DNA of 64,000 bases from Actinomycetota bacterium (GTDB lineage: Bacteria; Actinomycetota; Thermoleophilia; RBG-16-64-13): positions 7,482 to 71,481 of the forward strand of contig JAHJSA010000023.1 in the NCBI GenBank assembly GCA_018830645.1, in the 5' to 3' direction. A program made the position numbers and the translations under genes. The notes beneath the pieces are model-generated. The model was not told the origin of the DNA. It saw nothing but the letters and a program-made list of their open reading frames with translations, and made no database searches. Positions 10,290-21,831 of the stretch are shown piece after piece. Each line of letters opens with the position of its first letter. The stretch's first letter is position 1.

Positions 10290-12317
10290 TCAGGCTCGGC
10301 CCACCGTGCCGCCCCGCCCGGCTCTGTCACGAACCCGACGAAGCTCTCCGGCCAGCCCTTTGATCTCGTCGCGCAGGGTGGCCGCGTACTCGAAGCGCAG
10401 CTCCTCCGCCGCCAAGAACATCTCCTCCTCCAGGGACACGATGAGCCGCTCGATCTCTTCCGGAGCCAGGTCAGCGCCGCCGGCCCCCGTCCTTCTCTTC
10501 TCCTTGTAGGGCACTTCACTCAAGCCGAGAAGTTGGGTGATGTCCGAGATGCCCTTGACGATCGTCTGCGGGACAACCCCATGGATCTCGTTGAACGCCT
10601 CCTGCGCCGCCCTACGGCGGTCGGTTTCGCTCAGGGCGCGTTCCATCGCGTTCGTCATCTTGTCGGCGTACATGATCACCCGGCCATCGATGTTCCGCGC
10701 GGCCCGCCCGATCGTCTGGATCAGAGCGGTCTCGCCTCGCAGGAAGCCCTCCTTGTCGGCGTCGAGGATCGCCACCAGGGTGACCTCGGGCAGGTCGAGC
10801 CCTTCCCGCAGTAGGTTGATGCCCACGAGCACGTCGAACTCGCCGAGCCTCAGGTCGCGCACGATCTGGATGCGCTCGAGAGTGTCGATCTCCGAGTGCA
10901 TGTAGCGCACGCGGAACCCCATCTCGAGCAGGTAGTCGGTGAGGTCTTCCGACATCTTCTTGGTGAGGGTGGTCACCAGCGAACGCTCTCCACGGTCGGC
11001 GCGCGACCGCACCTCGTTCATGAGGTCGTCGATCTGGTTGCGCGTGGGTCGCACCTCTACCATCGGGTCCACCAGCCCGGTGGGACGCACCAGTTGCTCC
11101 ACTACCTGGTCCGACACCGAGATCTCATACTCCGCGGGCGTCGCGGATACGAACACCACTTGCTTGACGCGCTCCTGGAACTCCTCGAAGCGCAATGGGC
11201 GGTTGTCAAGGGCCGAAGGGAGGCGGAAGCCGTTGTCGACGAGAGCGGTCTTGCGGCTACGGTCGCCGTGATACATGCCCCGCAGCTGTGGCACCGTGTT
11301 GTGCGATTCGTCGATGAACACGAGGAAGTCGTCTGAGAAGTAGTCGAGTAGGGTGTGCGGCGGCGTGCCCGGCTCCCTGCCGTCGAGAATGCGCGAGTAG
11401 TTCTCGATGCCCGAGCAGTACCCGACCTCGCGCAGCATCTCCATATCGTAGCGAGTGCGTTGCCTCAACCTGAAGGCCTCGAGCTGCTTCCCCTTGGACT
11501 CGAGCTCGGCGATCTGCACCTCGAGTTCTTCGCCGATCTCCTGCACGGCACGTTCGACGGCGCCCTCGGCGGTCACAAAGTGAGTGGCCGGATATATGGC
11601 CACCGCCGGGAGTCGACCAATCACGTTCTGCGTGAGGGGGTCGACCCGCACGATCTCCTCGATCTCGTCGCCGAAGAGACGCACCCGCACGGCCAGATCT
11701 TCGTAGGCCGGCCAGACCTCGAAACTGTCGCCCCGAACCCGGAACTTGCCCCGGGTGAACCCCACGTCGTTTCGCTCGTATTGGATCGCGACCAGCTTGG
11801 CGAACACCTCGCTCCGGTCGACCTCAGCGCCCTCGCGCAGCAGCACCACTTGGCGGAGGTACTCCTCGGGCGACCCCAGCCCGTAGATGCACGACACGGA
11901 GGCCACGATCACCACGTCGTCGCGCATCAGAAGGTTGCTCGTGGCCGAGTGCCGCAGGCGGTCGATCTCCTCATTGATGTGGGAGTCCTTCTCGATGTAG
12001 GTGTCGGTGGCGGCGATGTAGGCTTCCGGCTGGTAGTAGTCGTAGTACGAGACGAAGTACTCCACCGCGTTCTCGGGAAGGAACTCACGGAACTCGTTGC
12101 AGAGCTGGGCCGCGAGGGTCTTGTTGTGGGCGATGACGAGCGCGGGCCGGCCGGCCTTGGCGATCACATTGGCCATGGTGAAGGTCTTGCCCGACCCAGT
12201 CACTCCGAGCAGGGTCTGGAACCGGTCGCCGCGCTCGACTCCGGCCAGGAGGCGGTCGATGGCCTCCGGCTGGTCGCCGCGGGGAACGTAGTCGGCCCTG
12301 AGGTGGAAGCCGCTCAC
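10290..12317 (-). CDS. uvrB: Excinuclease ABC subunit B
   Basis: 675 aa; helicase Walker [15 protein letters not shown]-like DESH, UvrB interaction and C-terminal UVR domains. Confidence 0.95.
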   Translation of the reverse strand: MSGFHLRADYVPRGDQPEAIDRLLAGVERGDRFQTLLGVTGSGKTFTMANVIAKAGRPALVIAHNKTLAAQLCNEFREFLPENAVEYFVSYYDYYQPEAYIAATDTYIEKDSHINEEIDRLRHSATSNLLMRDDVVIVASVSCIYGLGSPEEYLRQVVLLREGAEVDRSEVFAKLVAIQYERNDVGFTRGKFRVRGDSFEVWPAYEDLAVRVRLFGDEIEEIVRVDPLTQNVIGRLPAVAIYPATHFVTAEGAVERAVQEIGEELEVQIAELESKGKQLEAFRLRQRTRYDMEMLREVGYCSGIENYSRILDGREPGTPPHTLLDYFSDDFLVFIDESHNTVPQLRGMYHGDRSRKTALVDNGFRLPSALDNRPLRFEEFQERVKQVVFVSATPAEYEISVSDQVVEQLVRPTGLVDPMVEVRPTRNQIDDLMNEVRSRADRGERSLVTTLTKKMSEDLTDYLLEMGFRVRYMHSEIDTLERIQIVRDLRLGEFDVLVGINLLREGLDLPEVTLVAILDADKEGFLRGETALIQTIGRAARNIDGRVIMYADKMTNAMERALSETDRRRAAQEAFNEIHGVVPQTIVKGISDITQLLGLSEVPYKEKRRTGAGGADLAPEEIERLIVSLEEEMFLAAEELRFEYAATLRDEIKGLAGELRRVRDRAGRGGTVGRA

Positions 12318-12345
12318 GTCGGGCCCGATCGAGATCGTGGGGCGG

Positions 12346-13101
12346 TCACGGTGTGCGCCCGAAGGCCTCGGGGTGAGCCTGGAGATATATCAGCCGCAGC
12401 TTCTCGACCCGCTCCACGAAGCCGCGCGTCTCCGGGAAGGGGATGTCCTTCGGGTCGAGGGACGCTCCCTCTCCCAAGACCCCGCGGGCCAGCCACTCCG
12501 CGACGGTGCCTTGGCCGGCGTTGTAGGCGGCGAGCGTCGCGCGGACATCACCCTCGAACAGCTCGAGCAAGAACGCCAGGTAGTAGGTGCCGAGTTCGAT
12601 GTTCCACTCAGGATCCGTCAGGGTGCCCACGGCGCCGGCCGCCCAGTCGTCTCTGCCCTCGATCCACTCAGCGGTCGAAGGCATCAGCTGCATCAGGCCC
12701 ACCGCTCCGGCCGCCGAAACCGCCTCTGGGTCGTACCCGCTCTCCGCCTTGACCACCGCGGCCACCAAGTACGGGTCGACCCCGTGGCGCTCCGAGGCTT
12801 CACGTATCGTCTCTCGATACTCGATCGGATAGAGGCGGCTTTGGACTATCTTCAGGTCAAAGCCGCCCGGCGTGGCTATCTGGCCGGCCAAGAACACCAG
12901 AAGGACAGTGACGATAAGCACCGTGAAGGCCAACGGAGCCCCAGGCAAGGGCACCGGGTGCGCACTGTGTCGAGCCGGCGACGCCACCGCGCGCGGAACG
13001 GCGCGTGATCGTGCCGAACGCGCCTCAGGGCGGCCGCGCCCCCGACCGAGCCCTCGGGGCCCGCGGGACCGCCGGATGCTCATGACCGACGGCTCACTCA
13101 C
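12346..13101 (-). CDS. Membrane-anchored lytic transglycosylase (SLT domain) protein
   Basis: N-terminal TM helix followed by the SLT catalytic motif ...[26 protein letters not shown]...; sits between coaE and uvrB as in other actinobacteria. Confidence 0.7.
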   Translation of the reverse strand: MSEPSVMSIRRSRGPRGLGRGRGRPEARSARSRAVPRAVASPARHSAHPVPLPGAPLAFTVLIVTVLLVFLAGQIATPGGFDLKIVQSRLYPIEYRETIREASERHGVDPYLVAAVVKAESGYDPEAVSAAGAVGLMQLMPSTAEWIEGRDDWAAGAVGTLTDPEWNIELGTYYLAFLLELFEGDVRATLAAYNAGQGTVAEWLARGVLGEGASLDPKDIPFPETRGFVERVEKLRLIYLQAHPEAFGRTP

Positions 13102-13783
13102 CCCCCAACACCCGCCAGAGCTCCCCCGACGCGACTCGTTTCGCAGCCTCGTACACCTCGGACACGAACTCGGCTAGATCCTCAACGGTACCGTCGTTGG
13201 TATAGGCGAAGTCGGCCCCGGCGACGCGCTCCTCCTCCCCCGCCAATCTGGCGTCCAAGAAGTCGAACGCCTCGGCACCCACCCGGCTCGATGCCCGTTC
13301 CCTCCGCACCTCCCGCGGCGCCTCGAGCGTTGCGACAAGATCGAAGTGGCTCTGGAGCCCCGATTCGAACAAGAGGGGCACCTCGCACACGCGCACGTCA
13401 CCGGGGACGCCCCCGGTGAGGAAATCCTCGATGTCCCTCGCCACACGCGGATGAACGAGCGACTCGAGTGCGAGGAGCTCCTTCTCGTTGCCCATCACCA
13501 GCCTGCCGAGAACTGCACGATCGACCTTCCCACTGGCACCTATCACCTCAGCGCCGAACCGCGCGTGCAAGGCCATTTGGATCTCCGCCCGCTCGTAGAG
13601 GCGGTGGACGATCGCGTCGGACGAGATGGTCTGGGCGCCCAAAGCGGCGAACATCTCGAGTGCGAGGCTCTTTCCCGAGGCCACACCGCCGGTGAGACCG
13701 ACGGCGGCGCGACCATCCGGCCTCAATCGCCGTTCAGCGGAGAACTGCGCACTACTTGAGATATGTGTGCTCGTAGAATCCAT
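13094..13783 (-). CDS. coaE: Dephospho-CoA kinase
   Basis: P-loop GLTGGVASGKS and CoaE fold; start set at the ATG ~27 aa upstream of the P-loop (residue 41 of the track ORF), exact start uncertain. Confidence 0.75.
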   Translation of the reverse strand: MDSTSTHISSSAQFSAERRLRPDGRAAVGLTGGVASGKSLALEMFAALGAQTISSDAIVHRLYERAEIQMALHARFGAEVIGASGKVDRAVLGRLVMGNEKELLALESLVHPRVARDIEDFLTGGVPGDVRVCEVPLLFESGLQSHFDLVATLEAPREVRRERASSRVGAEAFDFLDARLAGEEERVAGADFAYTNDGTVEDLAEFVSEVYEAAKRVASGELWRVLGGE

Positions 13784-13927
13784 GCTCCCATTGTACCGTC
13801 CGGCTCGGCGGGACGACGCACCCGCCAAGGTCCTCATGCCACGTCCGCGCCCGACGCAGGTCTCTGGGGCGAAAAGAAGGGGCGCCCTCGGGCGCCCCTT
13901 CATGGATCACGACCTCAACTGGAGATA

Positions 13928-15481
13928 CTAGCGTTCGAACACCTCGTCGGAGAGACCGAGGCTGGTCGCAGCGCCTTCCGGCTCGCTTCCTTCTGCAACT
14001 TCCGGCTCGGTCTCTTCTGCGACTTCCGGTTCACCTTCCGCAGCGCCTTCCGGCTCGCCCGGGGCGGGGGCTTCTTCATCGCCCGCGGCGGGGGCTTCCG
14101 GCTCGGCAGAGCCAGCGACGTCCGCTTCGACCGATTCCTCCGCGCTCTGCTCAGGGAGCTCCACGTCGCCCTCGGCGCCATTCACCGGGGCCTCGCCGTC
14201 GGCGTCGGCCGCGACCAGATCGGAATCAGCGGGGCCCACTTCAACGACGCCACCCTCGACGACGCCACCCTCGGCCGCGGTTTCCTCAGCTGCGCCTTCT
14301 TCCGCCGCGGTTTCCTCAGCTGCCTCTAGCTCCTGGGCCATCGCGTCCTCATGGATGCGATACTCGGGCTCGAGACGCTTGAGCGAAAGCGAGAGCCGAC
14401 GACGATCGGGGTCGATCTCGATGATCTTGACGTTCACTTCCATACCGTTGCGCAGCACCTCGGAGGGGTCCTCGACGTGATGCTGGGCAAGCTCCGAGAT
14501 GTGGATCAGGCCCTCGACGCCCTCCTCGATCTCGACGAAAGCGCCGAACGAGACGAGCTTGGTGACCTTGCCGTGTACGATCTCGTTCACCTGACGGTTC
14601 TCAAAGACCTCCTGCCACGGATCCTTCTGGGTCTGCTTGAGGCCCAGCGAGATACGCTGACGGTCACGGTCGATGTCGAGCACCTTCACGGTGACCTCCT
14701 GCGCGACCGTGAGCACCTCAGACGGGTGGTTCACGTGGCTCCAGGAGAGCTCGGAGATGTGGACGAGGCCGTCGATGCCGTTCAGATCGACGAAGGCGCC
14801 GAAGTCCACGATGTTCGAGATGGTGCCGGTGACGAAGTCTCCCACGTTCATGCGGTCAAGGATCTGCTCGCGCACCCCGCGACGCTCTTCCTCGAGCACG
14901 GCACGGCGGCTGAGGACCACGTTGTTGCGGAAGCGGTTCAACTCGATGACGCGGCATATGAGCGTCTGACCGAGGAACTCGTCGAGATCGGCAACCCGCC
15001 GAATGTCGACCAAAGAGGCGGGCAAGAAGCCGCGCACGCCGAGGTCGATGATGAGCCCACCCTTGACCACTTCGATGACCGTGCCCTCGACCGGTGTGTG
15101 CTCCTCGGCAGCCTTCTCGATGCGTTGCCACGCGCGCTCGAACCGTGCACGTTTCTTCGACAGGATGAGCCGGCCGTCGGCGTCCTCTTTGGTCAAGACA
15201 AGAGCGTCGATCACATCACCGACGGACACCTCGTCGCTCGGATCCACCGACTTCTTGATGGAGAGCTCGTTGACGGGCACGACCCCTTCACTCTTATAGC
15301 CGATATCGACAAGGACCTCATCCTTGTCGACACGGACCACCGTGCCGGTCACTATGTCACCCTCCTCGAAGGTGACCATCGTGGCATCGTAGTTGGGGAC
15401 CATCACCCCATCGACCTCGATCATGAGGTCGTAGCCGCCCTGAAGGGTCTCGGGACTGTCGTCGGTCAGTTGGTCAGACAT
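13928..15481 (-). CDS. rpsA: 30S ribosomal protein S1 with long acidic C-terminal tail
   Basis: Four S1 domains; N-terminus MSDQLTDD... (ATG at residue 14 of the track ORF); ~120-aa Glu/Ala/Pro-rich repetitive tail. Confidence 0.9.
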   Translation of the reverse strand: MSDQLTDDSPETLQGGYDLMIEVDGVMVPNYDATMVTFEEGDIVTGTVVRVDKDEVLVDIGYKSEGVVPVNELSIKKSVDPSDEVSVGDVIDALVLTKEDADGRLILSKKRARFERAWQRIEKAAEEHTPVEGTVIEVVKGGLIIDLGVRGFLPASLVDIRRVADLDEFLGQTLICRVIELNRFRNNVVLSRRAVLEEERRGVREQILDRMNVGDFVTGTISNIVDFGAFVDLNGIDGLVHISELSWSHVNHPSEVLTVAQEVTVKVLDIDRDRQRISLGLKQTQKDPWQEVFENRQVNEIVHGKVTKLVSFGAFVEIEEGVEGLIHISELAQHHVEDPSEVLRNGMEVNVKIIEIDPDRRRLSLSLKRLEPEYRIHEDAMAQELEAAEETAAEEGAAEETAAEGGVVEGGVVEVGPADSDLVAADADGEAPVNGAEGDVELPEQSAEESVEADVAGSAEPEAPAAGDEEAPAPGEPEGAAEGEPEVAEETEPEVAEGSEPEGAATSLGLSDEVFER

Positions 15482-15633
15482 CGTAGTTGTTTTCCTCCTC
15501 GCAGAAAAAAAGGCGCGCACTAACAGCCGCTTCGCGGTGCGCTAGCGGCTAGTATACCTAGGGGGAAGGCAATTGCAACAAACCACGCTTTGCGGACCGC
15601 GCGGATGCCCCTCGGCCTCGGTAGGTTTGCTGC

Positions 15634-18384
15634 CTACTTGGCCGAGAGCCAGTCTTCGCCGACGCCGATATCCACCACAAGCGGAGGGTCCATCGCGAAG
15701 GCGGCGATCATCTCGTCGACCGCGATCCGCCTCACGTCTTGGGCCTCGTCTCGCAGGCATTCGAAGATGAGTTCGTCGTGCACCTGCAGCACCAGACGGG
15801 TGTGAGGCGACTCCTGCGCAAGACGCGCGCGGCAGCGGATCATCGCCACCTTGATGATGTCGGCGGCGGTGCCCTGGATGATCGAGTTCACGGCCAGACG
15901 CTCTCCGAGTTGTCTGGTCTGATGGTCGCCGGAGCGCAGCTCCGGGATGGGACGGCGCCGGCCCATCAAGGTGGCCACGAACCCCTGCTTCGTGGCATCG
16001 ACGATGGTGGCGTCGATGAAGGCTCGCACCAGCGGCATCCGCTCGAAGTAGCGTGCGATGTAGGCGGCGGCCTCCTCACGCGCGATGCCCAGCTGCTGCG
16101 CGAGGCCGAACGGCGAGATGCCGTACATGATGCCGAAGTTGACCGCCTTCGCCCAGCGGCGGCGCGTCTGTTCCGGAACCTGGATGTCGGCTCCGAACAC
16201 CTCAGCCGCCGTACGGGCGTGGATGTCCTCCCCGCGTCGAAACGGCTCCAGCAGGGTCGGCTCGCGAGAGATGTGAGCCATGATGCGCAGCTCGATCTGA
16301 GAGTAGTCGGCCACCACGAGGACGCCTCCCTCCTCGGCGGTGAAGCACCCTCTGATCCGAGTCCCGATCTCTGTCCTGATCGGGATGTTCTGAAGATTGG
16401 GATCGCTCGACGAGAGGCGTCCGGTCGCGGCCACCGTCTGATGAAACGTCGTATGCAGCCGCCCTGTGGTGGGGTCCACCGCGCTCGGCAGTGTCAGCAG
16501 ATACGTGGAGAGGAGCTTCGTCAGCTCTCGATACGTCTCGATGAGTTCGATGATGGGGTGCTTCGCGCGAAGCCCCTCCAGCGTGCGTGCGTCCGTCGAA
16601 TACCCCGTCTTGATCTTGCGCCCTCGCGGCAACCCGAGTCTGTCAAAAAGGATCCGGGCCAGCTGTTGAGGAGAACCGAGATTGAACTCCTCCCCGGCCT
16701 CCCGGTAGATCTCATCCTCGAGCCCATCAAGCTGGTCTTCCACTTTGGCCGTGATCTCTCCAAGACGGTAGCAGTCGAGATGGATGCCGGCATTCTCCAT
16801 GTCGATGAGCACACGGGTGAGAGGCAGCTCCACGTCCCGGAACAGACCCCACATGCCCAGCGCCTTCAGTTCACTCTCCTGAAGGCGCGAGAGCTCCAGG
16901 GCCGCCAGAGCCTGAGCGGCGCCTCGGTCCGGGCCCTCCGGCAGCGGCGGGAGACCCGCATCGGCGAGGAGGTCGTCCAACCCGTACGAGCGCTTCCCGG
17001 GAGACAGCAGGTAGGCGGCCACCATCGTGTCGTGGCCGGCTCGGTCGAGAAGCGTGGTGAGCAGACGGTCGCCCTTGAGATCGTGACACGCAGGCCGGCC
17101 TCGAGCGAGAAGACCCTTCACGATTCCGGCGACGCTCTCGGGACCGTCCAGCCTCACCGCAAATGCTCCGGCCGCCGCCCCGCCCCCGCCGGCCGGCTTC
17201 TGCGCGAACCACACATGCGAAGTCCCGGGGGACGCGCCCTCCCGCACACTCGACGACACCCCGAGAGCCCTGGTCCAGTCGAGAGCCGCTTCAAGGCCGG
17301 CGGGGAGGACCGAGCGGCTCTCCAGGGAGGGAGGCTCTGCTTCGGCCGCGCCGACGTCGGGATCTGACCCCCCATCCAAGACCGCCGCCGGCAGCCGGTC
17401 GAGCAGCGATGTGAACTCGAAACGCCGGAACAGAGTCAGGAGCTTCTCGCGATCGGGAGCCTGCCTGCGCATCTCGGCTACGTGCATATCGACCGGGACC
17501 TCCCGATCGATCAACGCCAACGTCTTCGACATGCGGGCGATGTCGGCGTGCTGCCCGAGAAGCTCGCGACGCTTCGGGCCCTTCACCCGATCGATGCTCG
17601 CGAGCACTCCTTCGAGCGAGCCGAACTCCTGCAGGAGTAGAGCCGCGGTCTTCTCTCCGATGCCGGGGACGCCTGGGATGTTGTCCGAGGTATCGCCCTT
17701 CAATCCGATCAGATCTGGGATGAGCAGCGGAGGCACACCGCACTTGTCGGTGACGCCCCCCGGATCGTACACCCGCACCTCGGAGATGCCTTTGGTGTTC
17801 GCCATCACCGAGACCCTATCCGTGACCAATTGCAGGGCATCGCGGTCTCCGGTGACGATCACCACCCGGCGACCCTCGGCGTCACCCTGGCGGGCCAGCG
17901 TCCCCAGGATGTCGTCGGCCTCGTACCCGGGTACGCTCAGGTTGACGAACCCGAGCGCTTCCGCCAGTTCATACAGATGCGGCCACTGGTCGCGCAAGAG
18001 GTCGGGCATGGGCTTGCGCTGTGCCTTGTACTCCTCGAACTCCTTGTGGCGGAAGGTCTTCTCACGCGAATCCCACGCGACGATGACGGCGGAGGGCTCG
18101 AACTCCACGAGGACCTTGATCATCATGGAGCAGAAGCCATAGAGCGCGTTGGTCGGGAACCCCTCCGAAGTGGCGATGGTATCGGGCAGGGCGAAGAACG
18201 CGCGATACGCCAGGTTGTTGCCGTCGATGAGGAAGAGGGGATTCCGCACCTTCCCCCCGCTGGTGGAGTGAGGTGCCTCTGACTCGGGCGAGGCGGCGCG
18301 CGCTGGTGTGAGGTGGTCGTCCACCCCCAGATTGTATCCCCCATGGGGCGGCGGCGCGGCGCCGCCCACGAACCAGGGGCTCAC
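15634..18384 (-). CDS. polA: DNA polymerase I
   Basis: 5'-3' exonuclease domain (LFLIDGNNLAYRAFFALP), polymerase motifs A/B/C (DYSQIELR, RRxAKxxNFGxxYG, VHDE); 3'-5' exo motifs look degenerate; the true start may lie ~40 codons inside the ORF. Confidence 0.9.
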   Translation of the reverse strand: MSPWFVGGAAPPPHGGYNLGVDDHLTPARAASPESEAPHSTSGGKVRNPLFLIDGNNLAYRAFFALPDTIATSEGFPTNALYGFCSMMIKVLVEFEPSAVIVAWDSREKTFRHKEFEEYKAQRKPMPDLLRDQWPHLYELAEALGFVNLSVPGYEADDILGTLARQGDAEGRRVVIVTGDRDALQLVTDRVSVMANTKGISEVRVYDPGGVTDKCGVPPLLIPDLIGLKGDTSDNIPGVPGIGEKTAALLLQEFGSLEGVLASIDRVKGPKRRELLGQHADIARMSKTLALIDREVPVDMHVAEMRRQAPDREKLLTLFRRFEFTSLLDRLPAAVLDGGSDPDVGAAEAEPPSLESRSVLPAGLEAALDWTRALGVSSSVREGASPGTSHVWFAQKPAGGGGAAAGAFAVRLDGPESVAGIVKGLLARGRPACHDLKGDRLLTTLLDRAGHDTMVAAYLLSPGKRSYGLDDLLADAGLPPLPEGPDRGAAQALAALELSRLQESELKALGMWGLFRDVELPLTRVLIDMENAGIHLDCYRLGEITAKVEDQLDGLEDEIYREAGEEFNLGSPQQLARILFDRLGLPRGRKIKTGYSTDARTLEGLRAKHPIIELIETYRELTKLLSTYLLTLPSAVDPTTGRLHTTFHQTVAATGRLSSSDPNLQNIPIRTEIGTRIRGCFTAEEGGVLVVADYSQIELRIMAHISREPTLLEPFRRGEDIHARTAAEVFGADIQVPEQTRRRWAKAVNFGIMYGISPFGLAQQLGIAREEAAAYIARYFERMPLVRAFIDATIVDATKQGFVATLMGRRRPIPELRSGDHQTRQLGERLAVNSIIQGTAADIIKVAMIRCRARLAQESPHTRLVLQVHDELIFECLRDEAQDVRRIAVDEMIAAFAMDPPLVVDIGVGEDWLSAK

Positions 18385-18447
18385 ACCGGGTTGGAGGAGC
18401 GCGACCGCCGCCCCCGGGGTCGGCCGCGCTCTTGCTCCGGCGGTCAG

Positions 18448-20055
18448 CTAGACGCCGAGGATGGTGTCCACTTCGGCCGCGTCCAGATCCATGACGTAGG
18501 GGATGCCCGACACCGCGGATGCCTCTGGCGTCAAGCACGCAAGATCGTCCCGGGTGAGATGCTCGAGCGAGAACTTGCGCGAGCCGGCCATCAACTGGCG
18601 CAGACCTTGGGCAAGACGCTGCGTGTACCCGTACACTCCCACGGCGCCATCCGGCACCGGGCCGATGTCGGCGTACTCCTCGCTCAGCAGCAGGCTGGAG
18701 GCGAAGACGGCATCGCGCGTATGACCGTGCTTCACCACGTGCTTGGGAAGATCGGCGGCGTCGATGTGCCGGCCCACGGTGGCACCGACCATCGCCGCGG
18801 TCAGCGGAGCGCGCGCCATGCCGACGAGACCCACGAACGGGGAACCCATCGCGATGGCCTTGTACAGGTGGTCTTCGAGGGAGAATCCGCCGGCGATGGC
18901 GATGGGCGGCACATACTCTCCGGCCGCGGCGAGACGCGCCGCATACTGGTATGTGAGGGAAGCCAGATAGAAGGTCGGCACCCCCCACTCGTTCATCATG
19001 CGCCACGGGCTCATGCCGGTGCCGCCACCGGCCCCGTCGACCGTGAGCAGGTCGAGCTTCGCCTCGGAGGCGAACTTGATCGCGCGAGCGAGGTCCGCGG
19101 GGCGGTAGGCGCCGGTCTTCAGGAACACGTAGGAGGCTCCGGCGTCGCGGAGCTGACCGACGCGCTCATGGAAGCCGTCGCGGGTGACCATGCCCACCCG
19201 GCTGTGTCGCTCGAACTCCTGGAAGGCCCGCCCAAAGCCCAGCTCGGCTTCGTGGCCCGCCGGGTCGGGCAGCACGAGGTAGCCACGTTCGCGCAACATG
19301 CGCGCCTTTGTCAGATCGGCGATCTTCACCTCGCCGCCGATGTCCTTCGCGCCCTGGCCCCACTTCAACTCGACGGCACGGACACCCAGCTCCTTCACCG
19401 CGTACTCCAACACCCCAAGGCGGCTGTCTTCGACGTTCTCCTGCACCACTATGGCTCCGCCGCCCCGGGCATACTTCCGGTACAGATCCACCCGCCTTCT
19501 CAGCTCCGGCGCATCTTCGATACGTGTTCCTGAGCCGTTCTTGATGACGGCTTCCTCGTCCATGCCCACGACGTTCTCGCCGATCGTGAGCATGATCCCC
19601 GAGATGGCGCAGCCGATCGCGAGCCCCTCCCAATGCCTGCGGGCCACGTCGGTGGAACCGAGGCCGGGCACCACTATGGGCAGTTTCAGCCGGATCCCGC
19701 CATCCTGCCCCAGAGCGACCGAGAGATCGACGTTGGAGAAGATAGCCTCGTCGGAGTCGGCGGCCACGCCGTGCGCGCCGACGGCCGTGCCCATGATCGA
19801 CAGATGTGAGTAGTCAACCGGGTAGTCCTTCTGCGCGGCCGAGGTCATGTGCCCGTAGGGTTGCGGGTAGAGCATCTCAGCTCCGCGGAGAGCCGACTGA
19901 CCGACCTCGCAGTACCCAGGGCAATCGTCTTGACAAACCGCACAGAGCCCGCTCTGAGGGTTGACGTCGCTCAACCGCGAGCGGGTGCCCGTTGCGCCTG
20001 ACCGGTTTGTGTACGAAAGGTTCATGCTGCCCCCATCCTCGGATGACACCGTCAT
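18448..20055 (-). CDS. Standalone FMN-binding glutamate synthase family protein (GltB domain-2 / YerD-like)
   Basis: 535 aa; GltS FMN-domain signature including VDGAGGGTG and a preceding Fe-S cluster-binding region; no amidotransferase domain. Confidence 0.75.
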   Translation of the reverse strand: MTVSSEDGGSMNLSYTNRSGATGTRSRLSDVNPQSGLCAVCQDDCPGYCEVGQSALRGAEMLYPQPYGHMTSAAQKDYPVDYSHLSIMGTAVGAHGVAADSDEAIFSNVDLSVALGQDGGIRLKLPIVVPGLGSTDVARRHWEGLAIGCAISGIMLTIGENVVGMDEEAVIKNGSGTRIEDAPELRRRVDLYRKYARGGGAIVVQENVEDSRLGVLEYAVKELGVRAVELKWGQGAKDIGGEVKIADLTKARMLRERGYLVLPDPAGHEAELGFGRAFQEFERHSRVGMVTRDGFHERVGQLRDAGASYVFLKTGAYRPADLARAIKFASEAKLDLLTVDGAGGGTGMSPWRMMNEWGVPTFYLASLTYQYAARLAAAGEYVPPIAIAGGFSLEDHLYKAIAMGSPFVGLVGMARAPLTAAMVGATVGRHIDAADLPKHVVKHGHTRDAVFASSLLLSEEYADIGPVPDGAVGVYGYTQRLAQGLRQLMAGSRKFSLEHLTRDDLACLTPEASAVSGIPYVMDLDAAEVDTILGV

Positions 20056-20295
20056 ATCACTGAGTCCTGCAGTGCGAAGCGAGATCGGAGGCTTCTAGGA
20101 CATCGGGCCAACTCTACGTGGTCACGTGTAGCTGCCGTTTAGCCTCTTGTATGAAGTTTTCGGATGGGTTGTACGCCTTGTGTACAGGAATGCGAATGGC
20201 GCGCCCGGGAAACGACACCGAGCGCGCCATTCGACGCTCGCGCTGCGACGGCCGGCCCCGGCTGGCGAGCCCGGGGCGCGAACCGCTGCTCGGCC

Positions 20296-21627
20296 CTAAA
20301 GGACGGGCAGGTACCTATCCAACTCGTAGGGAGTCACGACCGCCTTGTATTCGTCCCACTCAGCCTGCTTGTTGCGCACCAGGTACTCGAAGACGTGATC
20401 GCCGAGAGCCTCACGCATGAGCGCGGAGCCTTTGAACTCCTGGATGGCCTCGTGCAGATCGACGGGGAGCGAGTCGATACCCGCCGCGTCCCGCTCGTCC
20501 TCGGTCATCTCGTAGATGTTGTTGGTGGACTCCGGGGACAGCTCGTAGCCCTCTTCGATGCCTTTCAAACCGGCCGCCAGCATCACCGCGAAGGCAAGAT
20601 ACGGGTTGCAGGCCGGATCGGGGTTGCGCATCTCCACCCGTGTCGCTGTTTCCTTGCCCGGCTTGTACATGGGCACCCACACCATCGCCGAGCGGTTGCG
20701 GCGAGCCCAGCAGCAGTAGATGGGAGCCTCGTAGCCGGGAACGAGACGCTTGTACGAGTTCACCCACTGGTTGGTCACCAGGCACATCTCGCGCGCATGC
20801 TTCAGGAGTCCGGCGATGTACGACTTGCCCGCGGCCGAGAGGTGGTACTCGTCGTCGGCATCGAAGAAGGCGTTCCGCGGACCGGTGAACAGCGACTGAT
20901 GAGTGTGCATGCCCGACCCGTTCTCGCCGAAGATGGGCTTGGGCATGAAGGTGGCGTACATGCCACGGGCCTGCGCGACCTCTTTCACGGTGAGGCGGTA
21001 CGTCATGACCTGGTCGGCCATGATGAGGGCTTCCCGGTAGCGCAGGTCGATCTCGTGCTGGGACGGAGCCACCTCGTGATGCGAGTACTCGACGTCGATG
21101 CCGAGGTCCTGGAGCGCGAGGACGGTATCGCGGCGAAGATCGGTAGCGACATCAAGCGGCGTGAGGTCGAAGTAGCCACCCCGATCGAGCACTTCCGTGC
21201 CTTTGCTGTCCTTGAAGTAGAAGAACTCCAGCTCGGGGCCGAGATACATGGTGTATCCGAGATCAGCCGCCTTCTTGAGGGTGCGCTGCAGGATGTGGCG
21301 CGGGTCACCCGGGAACGGGGTGCCGTCGGGACGCTGGATGTCGCAGAACATGCGGGCCGTGCCACCCGAACCGCGCCGCCAGGGCAACACGACAAAGGTG
21401 GACGGATCGGGCATGGCGACCATGTCGGATTCCTGGATGCGCGTGAAACCCTCGATCGACGATCCGTCAAAACCCATGCCCTCATCGAAAGCCGAATCGA
21501 GCTGGGACGGAGTCACCGCGAAGCTCTTCAGGATCCCGAGGACGTCGGTGAACCAGAAGCGCACGAATTTGATGTCCTGATCGCGAACCACACGTAGGAC
21601 GTCGTCCTTCGTCATATCGTTGCCCAT
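20296..21627 (-). CDS. glnA: Glutamine synthetase, type I
   Basis: 443 aa; GS beta-grasp and catalytic domains (FDGSSIEG, KPIFGENGSGMHTHQS, NPYLAFA). Confidence 0.9.
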   Translation of the reverse strand: MGNDMTKDDVLRVVRDQDIKFVRFWFTDVLGILKSFAVTPSQLDSAFDEGMGFDGSSIEGFTRIQESDMVAMPDPSTFVVLPWRRGSGGTARMFCDIQRPDGTPFPGDPRHILQRTLKKAADLGYTMYLGPELEFFYFKDSKGTEVLDRGGYFDLTPLDVATDLRRDTVLALQDLGIDVEYSHHEVAPSQHEIDLRYREALIMADQVMTYRLTVKEVAQARGMYATFMPKPIFGENGSGMHTHQSLFTGPRNAFFDADDEYHLSAAGKSYIAGLLKHAREMCLVTNQWVNSYKRLVPGYEAPIYCCWARRNRSAMVWVPMYKPGKETATRVEMRNPDPACNPYLAFAVMLAAGLKGIEEGYELSPESTNNIYEMTEDERDAAGIDSLPVDLHEAIQEFKGSALMREALGDHVFEYLVRNKQAEWDEYKAVVTPYELDRYLPVL

Positions 21628-21831
21628 GAACTGACCTTCCTGGTGAGTTGTTGGTGCTGCCTACCGGGAAGGGTACCTGCCATTGGCCATAGGAACAACA
21701 CCAAGAGGGCCAACTTTCGACCCAAATCTATTAGCCATTTGGACAAGTGGCAGCGAACGGCTGTGATCGAGCGGTGCTGAGATCGACCGGGGCTCAAGCG
21801 AGCGGCGAGGCGGCACCCACGCCCGAGGTGA

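Noticed and set aside
13960-14340. Repetitive acidic 3' end of rpsA as a separate repeat-protein gene or mobile element
   Set aside because: It is in frame with, and contiguous to, the S1-domain region. It looks like the low-complexity acidic C-terminal extension some S1 proteins carry, not an independent feature.
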